This document shows, in pieces, positions 39,585 through 53,344 of a stretch of DNA of 64,000 bases; position 1 is the stretch's first letter, and every line of letters begins with the position of its first letter. The stretch lies in assembly GCA_964016885.1 (NCBI GenBank), contig OZ024740.1, positions 20,460,001 to 20,524,000 on the forward strand, read 5' to 3'. The translations under genes were made by a program, and so were the position numbers. The notes under the pieces were generated by a model. That model had not been told where the DNA came from. It did no database searches and saw nothing but the letters and a program-made list of their open reading frames with translations. The stretch is from Eledone cirrhosa (lineage: Eukaryota).

Positions 39585-39925
39585 TATATAATAATAATAA
39601 AGAAAAAAGTCGGTTTCATTTGTACATTCCTATTTTTTTTGTTATACGTATTTCAAAGATGTAAGGTAGTTGTATTACAACCGCCCTACATGTTCTCTTC
39701 AGACAAAAATCCAAACGAGATATAAATATCCATTGCATTTCGGACATATGCTTACTGGTCGGTGAAGGGAATAACACGTATTACCGGTACATATTCAATG
39801 GATATTTACATCTCGTTTAGATTGTTGTCTGAAGAGAACATGTAGGGCAGTTGTTTGAAATACGTATAACAGAATAAATAGGGATGTACAAATGAAACCG
39901 TCTTTCTTGTTTATTATTATAATAA
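39585..39925. mobile_element. Inverted pair of PLE tails, each with a hammerhead (39636-39709 minus; 39825-39872 plus, stem II partly deleted)
   Basis: TTGT-CTGAAGA-GAACATGTAGGGC...GAA-ATACGTAT-A-ACA in both orientations. Confidence 0.75.
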
Positions 39926-40022
39926 AACTCCGGATGAACAAAATCGCGGAATGCTTTACATCTGTTAAGAAAAAGTCGGCAGATTTTCAACCAACCAACT
40001 TGCTTCAATTGAATAAAATATA

Positions 40023-40093
<71 letters not shown>

Positions 40094-40552
40094 CTATAAA
40101 TATATTATATATAATAAGGTAATTCTGAAAGAGATTCGGTGTGGTAAGTGTGAAAGAAGCTATTCTTTTTAATTATAGATACAGCCAATTCGTTAGGCTT
40201 CTAAGCAGTTTCTGTCTATTCAATTTCACCCACAAAGGGTCAGTCTGTGACTGGTAAATGACATAGAGTGCAACACAGTGGAGTCGAACTCTGATGGAGT
40301 CGGATGCACAGGTGACACTTCCAGAGTAACAAATCTTACTACTAGCCATATTAAATGAATATTTAAATTCTACTTCGGTATTGAGTACTCTCTCTCACGC
40401 CCGTCAATAATACACGGATAAGAGCAAGAATGACGCAGTCATTCTACTGACATGGCTTAAAGAGGCTGTTTGCATAATTGCAATCGAATAGAATATTATT
40501 ATTAATATTCGAAAACCTTAGATTACATTTATACACACACACACGCACACGC

Positions 40553-40643
<91 letters not shown>

Positions 40644-42249
40644 TATATATATATATATATTATAAAATAACAGGAAGCTGGACTGGTGTAATTCCTTAAA
40701 AGTTTTATTATACTATGAACATATCAATGACCGCGTTCAGTATGAATCCGGTGACATCATCAGGTATTCGAAATTTAACATAGGAATATAATAGACAAAA
40801 TCCATGGGGATGAAAAGCAGAGACAGGAGGGCGGCCGAACATTTAGCAGCTTCTAGCCCGGTCGGCCGCCTTCAAGTGAGGACTACTAAGTCTTCTTATG
40901 TCTCTCTGGTGAAGAGGCGCAAGCTTATAGTGTACTACTACTACCCCGTCATAGACAGAGGCCAGCGGTGGGATCAGGTTACATTCAAGCTGGTCAGAAG
41001 TGCTAGAAAGTGCTACGAAATATATTTTTTCGAAAAACATATCTTTAACAAAGCTATATATAGTAATATATAGTGGGCGTCTGCACAGTATATTGTAGGG
41101 TCAGAAATTACGATTAACAATTAGAAATGTAAAATTTATGTTTAGAATTAAAAGATGCCATTTAAGATGAAATTAGAGAAGTTAGATTTAGGTTTAAAGT
41201 TGGGAGATTTAGTCAAAGAATTTACAGAAGGAGGCTTTTATGAAAAAGTTTAAGTATAGATAGTCAGGATAAAGTTTCAGGGTTGAATATAGAGTAAAGA
41301 TTAAGCCCATGCTTAGCGGTCATTAACCAGCGACGTTGCGGACTCCCGGCCAACCCGGGGCCCAATGGCGTGTCAACCGTTCCAAGTATGTTCGTCTAGC
41401 GAAAGAAAGGAAAATTTACTTTTCCGAGCACTCCAGGAATGTTAACTGTCCCAAACGCCGGGGGTGCTAGCGGGAAGTCCGCCACCGCCGGCTGGTTATC
41501 GTATATACCCAACGATTAATTAGTTATTCACACTGGTGGGGGATTTAGTTAAAGGGCTAGTAGAAGGAGGCATGATACAATTTAAAGTTATGATTAAGCT
41601 AAGAATTTAAAGGTACTGTTTGGCGGTCAATAACCGGCGCACGGCGAATGCCAGGCCTGACAAGGGCCCTAGGGCGAAACAGCCGTTCCGACTATTTTCG
41701 TTTATCGAAAGAAGGGGAAATTTATTTTTCAAAGCACTCTAGGAAGGATGATCGACCCGATCACCTGGCGTGCAGTCGGGAAAACCGCCACATCCGTCGG
41801 AACATCACGTCTCCCAAACAATTATTAGTTATTCACACCCGTGATGTGAGGTTGAAAGTGACAAAATCCGATGAAATGTGTAACTAGACTATATTTATTC
41901 CCCAGTTAGTCCTGGTTATGTGTAGTGTGATTCTTGAGTGGGTAGGGGGAGTGATTAAAGATAAACAGATATAAGGGTACAGAGAGTAATATTCTAGGGT
42001 GGTGTGCTAATATTAGGTAACAGATGAGTACAAGGATAAGTATATAAGGAGAGTAAAGTGAATACAAGGTTATACATATAGATATAGAGGATGGAATATA
42101 ACAAGAAGTTGACGAACCCAGCATAGGTATCACTGCCAGGACCGGTTGCATCTCAGCGTTCTCAATAGGTAATGTAAAATACATTCCCAGAGTAAACACA
42201 TAGTTATTCGGTGCAATACAACACACGTAAACGGGTACTTATAGTAGTT

Positions 42250-42364
42250 CCCGAACTCGAGTTTCGGCCACACTTAATGCAGCAGTAGGGTGGGTGAACT
42301 GCACCCTCTGTCCGCATATATTATGCAACAATGCATAATCTGCGCATGTGGCTTCATCAGCGGG
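42250..42364 (-). ncRNA. Hammerhead with large branched stem II insertion
   Basis: rc CCCG-CTGATGA-AGCCACAT..(~75 nt)..GTGTGGCC-GAA-ACTCGAGT-T-CGGG. Confidence 0.75.
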
Positions 42365-42522
42365 TTTCGCCTAATCAATAACCAATCGATCGACAGAATT
42401 CGACTCCAGTCCGTTGGCTATGACTGTATGTGACGGCCAACACAGTAAAGTGATTAGCAACTGGAATCTGATACAATGCTGTCTCCCGACCGGCCACCGA
42501 ATTATAAATTTATGTGATGGCA

Positions 42523-42589
<67 letters not shown>

Positions 42590-42776
42590 AACAAGTAAGA
42601 CCCCGACGGCTGAGCTCAAGCCGTTTCGACGGCTAATTCTGTACAGAATTAGCCGTCGAAACGGCTTGAGCTCAGCCGTTGGGGTCTTACTTGTTCCTAT
42701 TACCCACTCTACTACCCTAAGTATTGAGTACTTTGGTGCGTTATGGTCCACCTGGTTCCTTACCACATTTCCTTCG

Positions 42777-42830
<54 letters not shown>

Positions 42831-43315
42831 CCATTATTATTATTATTATTTTGAACTCCTTGAAATATGTTTTCATAACACAACACACACATCATCACCA
42901 TGCTTGCATCCAATTTCTATTCTGACATGGATTAAATGGGTCATTACTGGTTAAGTTAGATCATATTTGAAATAATTGTCTTTCTAGAATGCCTCAGGTA
43001 CCCTTGATAAAGTGGTTGGCATTAGGAAGGGCATCCTGCTGTAGAAACCATGCTAAAAATGTGTGTGTAGCAGTAATTTGATACTTTCTGCAATAGAGCT
43101 TCTTTTGCAATATCAAGCGACCACCAAAAAGATGACCTTCTGTCGCCTCATAGATAAGTTTATATTGTTAATGTCTACAATGTTGACATGGAGACCGCCT
43201 TAGTTTCGTGTTCTGGCGACAAAATGATCGATACTGATAGATAGCCGGCTTGCAGAGTCAAGGACTTGCAGAGTTGATTTCATGCAGTTAAGATGTAGTA
43301 CAAACTTACACAGAC

Positions 43316-44049
<734 letters not shown>

Positions 44050-44284
44050 TTAATCCCAAAGAGAAGGAACCGGAACATTATTCTCCAAAAGTTCCTTAAA
44101 CTCTGAAAGGTAACTTAATTTTCGTTACCTCATCTTACAGTCCATTTTGCATTGTTTAGCCTTCTATCTCTTTCCACATTATATATTATATACAATGCTT
44201 CAAGCAAACTATAAGATTTTATTATACATTCATACATACATACATGCATGCATATATATATATATATATACAATATATTAATAA

Positions 44285-45970
44285 ATGGAAACTATATTTA
44301 TAAAACCATAATTATTTTATTATATATATTTCAAGGGCGACCAAGGTAAATTATGGTGCGCTTTCATCAGATAAAATACAGATTTGTTTTATAAATAAAT
44401 ATTGACATACCCGGAAAAAAGACAACCTCACCGGTTGAAATTCGCTGGATAGTGGAGATACTTGAGGGTCATACAAAGTTGTGAGTGAGTATGCAAATGA
44501 GTGTCAGAAAAATTGAAAAAAACAACGGTTTATTTAAATTAAACTGTTGGAAGAAAATAGATGTAAAAGGGAGAGACAGGATAGATGTAAAAAGGAGAGA
44601 GACAAAATAGATGTAAAAGGGAGAGAGACAAGATAAGTGTAAATAGAAGAGAGACAAAAAATTGAGAGGGAGAGAGATAAAGAGAATAGATAAAGAGAAT
44701 AGAGAGAGAAAAAGAGAGATAGAAGAAACAGAGAAAAGATAATATAATATTGAGAGAGAGTGAAGGAAAGAACAAATAATTGAGATGGAGAGAGAAAGAA
44801 AAAAGTATTGAGAGGGAGAGAGAAAAGAATGTTGAAAAAATATTGGAAAAAGAGGGAGAAAGATTAGTGAGAGGGAGGGAGAAGAAAGAGAAAGGGAAAG
44901 AGAAAGATGGGCGAGGTAAGAGAAGAAATAAATTTATATAGATGAGTATTCAGAATGTAAACATATTATTCGTTATGTTGTGTTTATATTACTTATAAAG
45001 GTAAAGTTAAAAAATTAAGTTAAATTATTGATAAGAAAACTTTACAAAAGAGTATTGTTATAATTTAGTTAAAAATTTAACCAGAAATTTAATTAAAATT
45101 TAATTAGAATTTAATTAAAATTTAAATAATTACAATAAGATATATTACAAAAAGAAGTATTTAAAATTTATTAAGAAGTATTAATACTATATAGGTTTAG
45201 ATGGTTATTTTATGTTATAGGTTATAAATTATTTGAATGTATAGTATTTTGCATTGGAAAAAAAAAACAAGTTTAGTTTAATTGATTAAAGTAAGTTTGG
45301 CAGAATTATATTTAGCCAGAGTTTATTAATAGTTGTAAGTCAAATCTTAAACATCAACTATTTATGAAGATTTACGAGAGTTTAGAAAGGAAAAATTATT
45401 TAATTAGGAGTATATATTAAAACAGTTTGCAGTTTCGACTATAAATTAAGATAATAAAGATTGAGATAATTAAAACAATAAGGAAGTTTAAAGGAAGTTA
45501 AAAAGGGATTTTTTAAAAAACCCAAATGATTCAAGGATAGATAAAAATCACTACGAAAGTTATAAGAAGTTATAAAAATTCGTCTTGAAATATAATTAAG
45601 ATATGATTAAAATATAAGACATAATTATTGCACATATATATATAAAAATAATATAAATGATTGAATATATATGAAAATACATAAGTATTAAAAATAGTTG
45701 GATATATAAGAAATACATAAGTATTAAAAATAGTTGGATACATAAGAAAATACATAAGTATTAAGCATGTTTAAAATATGTAGGGGTAATGGAAATTCAT
45801 ATCTTTCAAAAGAACCTTTCATAAATTTAATCATAAGTTTTACAAAAATTTCCAGGAGGTGTTTCGAAGGAAATTTTTAGAATTTTTCAAAATATTTTCA
45901 TAAAAGAATTTCTGGAGAGTGCGATAATATAATGAATAAATTAAAATTAAAATTAATAAGTGTATTTTAT
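44285..45970 (-). mobile_element. AT-rich PLE 3' UTR ending in a hammerhead (44313-44378)
   Basis: rc TATTTTAT-CTGATGA-..-GAA-ATATATAT-A-ATAAAATA. Left part is the reverse complement of ~31055-31225. Right boundary uncertain. Confidence 0.6.
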
Positions 45971-46105
45971 ATATTTGACATATATATATTGGACATATAT
46001 ATATATATGTCCAATATATATATGTCCAATATATATACATATGTCCAAAGGCTCTGATACCATCAACACTATACACACAAAGCTGGTATATCTAAGAACT
46101 GACTA

Positions 46106-46161
46106 ACTGTCTAATGAGATCACAGCCATTCAATGGCTATGATCGAAATATATATAGCAGT
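46106..46161 (+). ncRNA. Hammerhead (core CTAATGA here; sister copy at 51163 has CTGATGA but is truncated)
   Basis: ACTGT-CTAATGA-GATCACAGCCAT-TCA-ATGGCTATGATC-GAA-ATATATAT-A-GCAGT. Confidence 0.6.
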
Positions 46162-46206
46162 AAATAAAGGATTATGAGTTCATGCAATTGACTTATATTT
46201 AGTCAC

Positions 46207-46290
<84 letters not shown>

Positions 46291-46294
<4 letters not shown>

Positions 46295-49200
46295 GGAGGT
46301 GAGTTTTATTGTAGTACAATAAAGCAATGCAGATATCGGATAAGAAGCACTCTACAGTTTGTAGGACTGGAGTATACATAATATATAAGAACAAAAAATG
46401 GTTAAAAGAGTTCAATGTATTTTATTATGCGCATTTCAAAAACAAATATCATCATGCAATAATATTTGTGTTTTCATCAGATAAAACAGGAAGACATGAT
46501 ATGAAGGTTAAAAAACACTTGTGGGTAGTTCAGTTTTAAATCAACATATGAAAAGTAGTTTCAGATTGATGTGTGATATTGGGAAACATATTTTAATTAG
46601 AGGGGGGGGGGGGTGGAAAGGATGAAAAAGAGGAGGAGATGAGAGTAAAAAGTGGAGAAGGAGGAGTATAATGAGGAAGGATGAGATAGGAGGAGAGATG
46701 GGTGATATAGAGAGAGAGATAGCTTTTATAACTGAGAAAGATATATTGTTTTACATAGAGAGGTTGAAAACCGTTGGAAGATAATGTATAAATTAAAAGA
46801 ATTTGAAAATTAACGAAGAGAAAAATAATGTAAAGTTAAGTTTGTATATTGAGGGGTTTGATAATATGTGCGATGAAAAAGAAAATGTTAATATGTATTG
46901 AGAATAATAATATTTAAGGTTTAATAATATGTGCGATGTTAAGAAAATGTTGATATGTATTATTAAAAGGAATAACAGGTTATTTAAGTAAGGAAATATT
47001 GAGATGAGCATGAATGAGTTAGATGAAAGGGAGAAAAGAATAATGAATTGAGGATGAATAATCTAACGTCAAAAAAATGTGTATATGTTTACGAAGGATT
47101 TTTACAAGGTGATATAGAGTAAGAGTGTATTGTATTATGTAATAATTGATACTATGTTAGGCAAGAGTGAGAAAAGGTACATATTAGGGGTTAGACAATA
47201 AAAGAAGAAGATAAGAAAGGGAAGTGATAAATAGGGGCGATGTAGAATGAGTAACAAGTATTATAGAATGTATAATAACCTTTGAAATAAGGTAGAAAGA
47301 TGGGTATATTTTTAAAAGAAGTGTATATATATATATGTGTGCCTTTGAGAAAAAGATTCTAAATTGATAAAGAATTGAATCTTAGCTGTATACTTTGTGA
47401 AATGTTTTATGGAATTTATGCAAGCAGATAGAAAACAAGTCAGTGCGTCTATTTATTATAGAATCTAAATTAGAAATAATGGTAAATTTTTCATTTAGAC
47501 AGAGATTGCAAATTTTGGATAGAGAACTGTTAACGCCAATGACTATAATAACGCGCTTTCTAAAGCCGGCTATCCTGATAAAGTCAAATATAGTAAAGAA
47601 ACAAATTCTAGAAGAAATTACAGTAGAATAATTAATCATGATAATTCCAATAACTTTAATAAAAGACCTAGATACAAAAACATAATCTGGTATAATGCTC
47701 CTTTCTCCATCTCTATTAATAACAATATTCCTAAATTATTCTTTAGTGCCTTAAATAAATGCTTCCCTCGCTCACATATCTATAGTAAAATATTTAACAA
47801 ACACACTATCAAATTTTCCTATTCTACATCCTCCAACATTTCCAACATTATCTCTAAATACAACAATAAAATACTAAATACTAAATCTCTTCCTTCCAAC
47901 ACTGAATATCATAATAATAGTACTCCCGACGTCATTGTAAACCCTAGGCTAATTTCTACAAACCCAAATACAACGTCAAACACAACTTCGCTAAATGTTC
48001 TTAATCCCATTCTAAATCAAGAAACTATTATTCCTATCGCAAATAACTTCTCCAATCCAATTCCTTCTATAGATAACACTAGGTCACTCATTAATAATCT
48101 CTCTAATCGCAATTGCAATTGCCCTATTAAAAATAAATGTCCTCTCAACAACCATTGTCTTGATAAAAACTTAATTTACGAATGTAAAGTTATAACTGAC
48201 ACCAATTCCTTCACCTATTTTGGCTCCACTTCCACCTCTTTTAAAGCTCGTCTTTATAACCATCATTCGTCTTTTAAATACAAACTTAAAAGAACCAACA
48301 CGGCTCTCTCAGAACTCATATGGTCCTTGAAAGACAAAAATATTAAATATAGCATCTTTTGGAAGAAAGTTTCTTCTGCGTCTTTATACTTGAACAGTTC
48401 TCTATCCAAAATTTGCAATCTCTGTCTAAATGAAAAATTTACCATTATTTCTAATTTAGATTCTATAATAAATAGACGCACTGACTTGTTTTCTATCTGC
48501 TTGCATAAATTCCATAAAACATTTCACAAAGTATACAGCTAAGATTCAATTCTTTATCAATTTAGAATCTTTTTCTCAAAGGCACACATATATATATATA
48601 CACTTCTTTTAAAAATATACCCATCTTTCTACCTTATTTCAAAGGTTATTATACATTCTATAATACTTGTTATTCATTCTACATCGCCCCTATTTATCAC
48701 TTCCCTTTCTTCTCTTCTTCTTTTAATGTCTAACCCCTAATCTGTACCTTTTCTCACTCTTGCCTAACATAGTATCAATTATTACATAATACAATACACT
48801 CTTACTCTATATCACCTTGTAAAAATCCTTCGTAAACATATACACATTTTTTTGACGTTAGATTATTCATCCTCAATTCATTATTCTTTTCTCCCTTTCA
48901 TCTAACTCATTCATGCTCATCTCAATATTTCCTTACTTAAATAACCTGTTATTCCTTTTAATAATACATGTCAACATTTTCTTAACATCGCACATATTAT
49001 TAAACCTTAAATATTATTATTCTCAATACATATTAACATTTTCTTTTTCATCGCACATATTATCAAACCCCCCAATATACAAACCTTAACTTTACATTAT
49101 TTTTCTCGTCGTTAATTTTCAAATTCTTTTAATTTATACATTATCTTCCAACGGTTTTCAACCTCTCTATGTAAAACAATATATCTTTCTCAGTTATAAA

Positions 49201-49536
49201 AGCTACCTCTCTCTCTCTATATCACCCATCTCTCCTCCTATCTCATCCTTCCTCATTATACTCCTCCCTCTCCACTTTTTACTCTCATCTCCTCCTCTTT
49301 TTCATCCTTTCCACCCCCCCCCTCTAATTAAAATATTTTTCCCAATATCACACATCAATCTAAAACTACTTTTCATATGTTGATTTAAAACTGAACTATC
49401 CACAAGTGCTTTTTAACCTTCATATCATGTCTTCCTGTTTTATCTGATGAAAACACAAATATTATTGCATGATGATATTTGTTTTTGAAATGCGCATAAT
49501 AAAATACATTGAACTCTTTTAACCATCTTTAGTTCT

Positions 49537-49541
<5 letters not shown>
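46291..49541 (+). mobile_element. Naiad-type PLE with ~1.15-kb inverted arms (46383-47531 / 48393-49541); HHRs at 46418-46487(-) and 49437-49506(+)
   Basis: Arms are near-identical reverse complements. Flanked by (TA)n on both sides. Confidence 0.92.
47532..48542 (+). CDS. 5'-truncated PLE ORF: RT-thumb/linker + GIY-YIG endonuclease (~336 codons, no start codon)
   Basis: Hand translation is stop-free: YNNALSKAGY..NIIWYNAPFS..KIFNKHTIKFSYS..NCNCPIKNKCPLNNHCLDKNLIYECKV..YFGSTSTSFKARLYNH..CNLCLNEK..CLHK. The ORF track shows only the last 71 aa. Confidence 0.88.
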   Translation, partial: NANDYNNALSKAGYPDKVKYSKETNSRRNYSRIINHDNSNNFNKRPRYKNIIWYNAPFSISINNNIPKLFFSALNKCFPRSHIYSKIFNKHTIKFSYSTSSNISNIISKYNNKILNTKSLPSNTEYHNNSTPDVIVNPRLISTNPNTTSNTTSLNVLNPILNQETIIPIANNFSNPIPSIDNTRSLINNLSNRNCNCPIKNKCPLNNHCLDKNLIYECKVITDTNSFTYFGSTSTSFKARLYNHHSSFKYKLKRTNTALSELIWSLKDKNIKYSIFWKKVSSASLYLNSSLSKICNLCLNEKFTIISNLDSIINRRTDLFSICLHKFHKTFHKVYS

Positions 49542-49597
<56 letters not shown>

Positions 49598-49808
49598 GAA
49601 TTCACAAGAATCAAAGCTATGTTCAAAGCATTTATTCACTTACAATTGTTTCATCCAAACCTAGGATTGAGGTCTTCGGAGAATTTTTCAATGCTTGTAC
49701 ATATAATTGACCTTCTATCCAACGCAAGAGACATACAGATACATATATATATATTGATGTACAATGGAGTGACACATATTATATGTCCAATATATATATA
49801 TATATATT

Positions 49809-49847
<39 letters not shown>

Positions 49848-49914
49848 CATATATATATATATATATATTGGACATATATATATTGGATACATATATATAT
49901 ATATACATACACAC

Positions 49915-49979
<65 letters not shown>

Positions 49980-50367
49980 AAAACAGTCTTGGCGCAAAAT
50001 CAATTTTTTACATTCACATGACCTCTACCGACCAATCAAAATTGTTTTGACCACAAGAATTTTTGCAAATTGAAGCCACTTTTTTAACATAAAAACAGGT
50101 AGAATTCCCCAAACTAATCAGATCAGAGCAAACAACACGGACACTCTATCTCAAAATTATTTTTGAAAAGCATTTAGAAATGCGCAACCTGTAAAAACTT
50201 AAAAACTTAAAACCACAACTGAATACTAACCCATACAATCACTAATACTCTTTTATTCCTAATTAAACCATTTTTCAACTGTGAACAATTTGTCAGCATT
50301 TTCTATTCCGTTTACCAATATATATATATATATACATATATATGCGTATACACACACACACATACAT

Positions 50368-50451
<84 letters not shown>

Positions 50452-51175
50452 CAGTGGCGAAGGGTAACCTGAAAAGCAGAGCATGCAGTCGAATCGCATA
50501 GCAGAAAGTGGGGCTATGCAGCCTTACCCCCCCCCCCCCAATTCCCTCAAAATGATCCTCCCGGTCAAAGCCGCATGTAGTGTTATCTAGTGTGTGTGTG
50601 TGTGTTATCTTTTTATGTGTCTACGATTTAGTAAGCAGTCATAATTCTGCTTGCCCCAAAGCAGTGTGTGTATGTGCTTGTGTGTATGTGTTTGTGTGTA
50701 TGTGTTTGTGTGTATGTGTGTGTGTGTGTTATCTTTTTTTGTGTCTATACGTTTTAGTAAGCAGCCAAAATTCTGCTTGCTTCAACCGACGCAATTGATC
50801 AACCCAAGATTCTATAACGCATGCACGGACCCTTCGCCCCTGATATATATAATTTAAGAATGACCTGTAGTATCTATTTCATACCATTAACCTTAATTGA
50901 ATATATATCTGACCAGGAACGCTTTTTGTGAAAATCAGTCATATGGAACTATTGTCATCTTGCCTGACGGTTTGGACTTTACAACACCACCTGCCTCTTT
51001 GAGGTCAAATACCAACCCTACTACCATATACAAACTGACCAATGAGAATCAAGACTATTCCTACTTACAACATTAAATTATTCCTAACAAGCTCATATGT
51101 GCCAAGGCTCTGATACCATCAATACTATAAACACAGAGCTGGCATATCTAAGAACTGACTAACTGCCTGATGAGG

Positions 51176-51230
<55 letters not shown>

Positions 51231-51299
51231 CAAGGTTTAGCAAATAGAGAAAAAGTTTTAAAATATATTTTAAAAAGTCTACTGTACTTACTATATTTA

Positions 51300-51381
51300 C
51301 CCTTACCGCGCGGTTTCAATTCTCAAAATAAATGGATAATCCATGCGGAACACCATTGAGAAGGAGACTTTCGTCAGTGGG
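51300..51381 (-). ncRNA. Hammerhead-like motif
   Basis: rc CCCA-CTGACGA-..TTCTCAA..TTGAGAA.-GAA-ACCGCGCGGT-A-AGGG (one stem I mismatch). Confidence 0.55.
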
Positions 51382-51967
51382 TTCTTCTCACTCAGAGAAT
51401 ATAAAATTCCCGAGTTCAAATCACGAACTGGCGCCATACAGAACTGTTCCCGGATGAGAGTGTATGATAAGGAGACAATCTTGTCTATGTGTGTATATAT
51501 ATATATATATATGATGGCTGCAAACTCTGCCAAGAGTGTTGCAATTGCTTGTCAGATTACAGAAAATTGTGCACTTTTAAGCTACGGCTAGCAACACGAA
51601 CCTGTAACAGATCCTGAACAAACAATGAGGGTTTTTTAAGTGGGGAAAGGCCTTGCACTCAATCAATCCCACTCTCTGAGCATCAAAAACACTACCCGAA
51701 AAGGAGAAATGGTCAACATCATCGGATGCCTCCGAAGTCGCAGGGTTTTTTTTCAGTTTCCCTCTCTTGGAAAGGTGTTGTGACAACAACTGGAGCCTTT
51801 CACTCCCAGGTGGAAAAAAAAGTACTATTTGGACGGGCGTTGTCGTTGCTGAGTTCCTCCGTCCTTTGCCGGGTCTTGTATTTCCTCCTGCAGGGTGTCC
51901 AAATATCACCCTCCCACCAAATTTGAGGAGTTGTACCATGTTACCAATAGCACTCGAGAGCGACTTG

Positions 51968-52159
<192 letters not shown>

Positions 52160-52190
52160 TGTACCGATTGTTTTGTTATTTCTGTTTACC

Positions 52191-52260
<70 letters not shown>

Positions 52261-52713
52261 TGCAGCCAGATATTACAAAAACAAAACCCCTATAACATGC
52301 TTGTTAAATTTTCTTGGTAACCAAACAACATAAATAGTTTGAGAACAATACGATACTGTGTGTTAAAGTCTTGAAAAACTGTGATTGTGAACGAGGTATA
52401 AATCTGAGTAGTGTGTACCATAACTTACAGTGTGTATATATGTGTGCGTGTATATGTGTGTGTGTATATGTGTGTGTATGTTGTTATACAGAGGTTAGAC
52501 TTGATCGAGCAGAGCTGTCATTAAATATGTAACTTCTTTTTGTGGGTGTGGGGTTGTGGTGGGGATCTTAATGCATGTCTGTATGAACACGTAACTCGTG
52601 ATGGTATTTCTAGGGGACACCGTCGGGAAATACGGGCTGTCTTGTGCATTTTAAAACCTGGAGGAGTTCATCCACTCTCCAGGTCTGAACATAGCCAATT
52701 TCTTCCAGAGAAT

Positions 52714-52800
<87 letters not shown>

Positions 52801-52821
52801 GCGGGGGGTCGTAAAGAGGAA

Positions 52822-53000
52822 ACGACTAAGACATATAGAGGAAAGAATTGACTCCAGTACTGGACCGGTACTTTTTTTATCGACCTTGAAAGGATGAAAG
52901 GTAACATTGACCTCGGTTGTACTTTAATTCGAGGAGCAGAGAGTCGGAAGGAATACCACAAACCATTCTATCCGACCTTCTAACGACTCTTGGCATATCA
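52822..53000 (-). mobile_element. tRNA-derived SINE
   Basis: TTTATCGACCTTGAAAGGATGAAAGGTAACATTGACCTCGG block, as in the other SINE copies. Confidence 0.75.
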
Positions 53001-53344
53001 TCTATGATGATATTCTACATCATTCAAAATGTTCTTCCTCTTTAAGATCGATGACTGTAACTTGACGAGGACTTTGACTCTGGTTTTTATAAGGTTGAGT
53101 AATAGTAGAAAGAAGGAGCCAGACTCGTTTGATGGTTAGCGGTGATGTTGGTATTTTGGTGCTGTTATTTATGTTGTTTAGATCTATAGATAAACCCTGA
53201 TCAAGTAGACATATTATCAAACACAACCCAGTCATGCATTCATCGTCTTCTTTTCAGACATATTGAGAGAGAGGTGGTGACTTGTCAGAGTTATTACTGA
53301 TGTAGGACAATATACATTGTTTACAACTCACTCTGTTTTCATTT

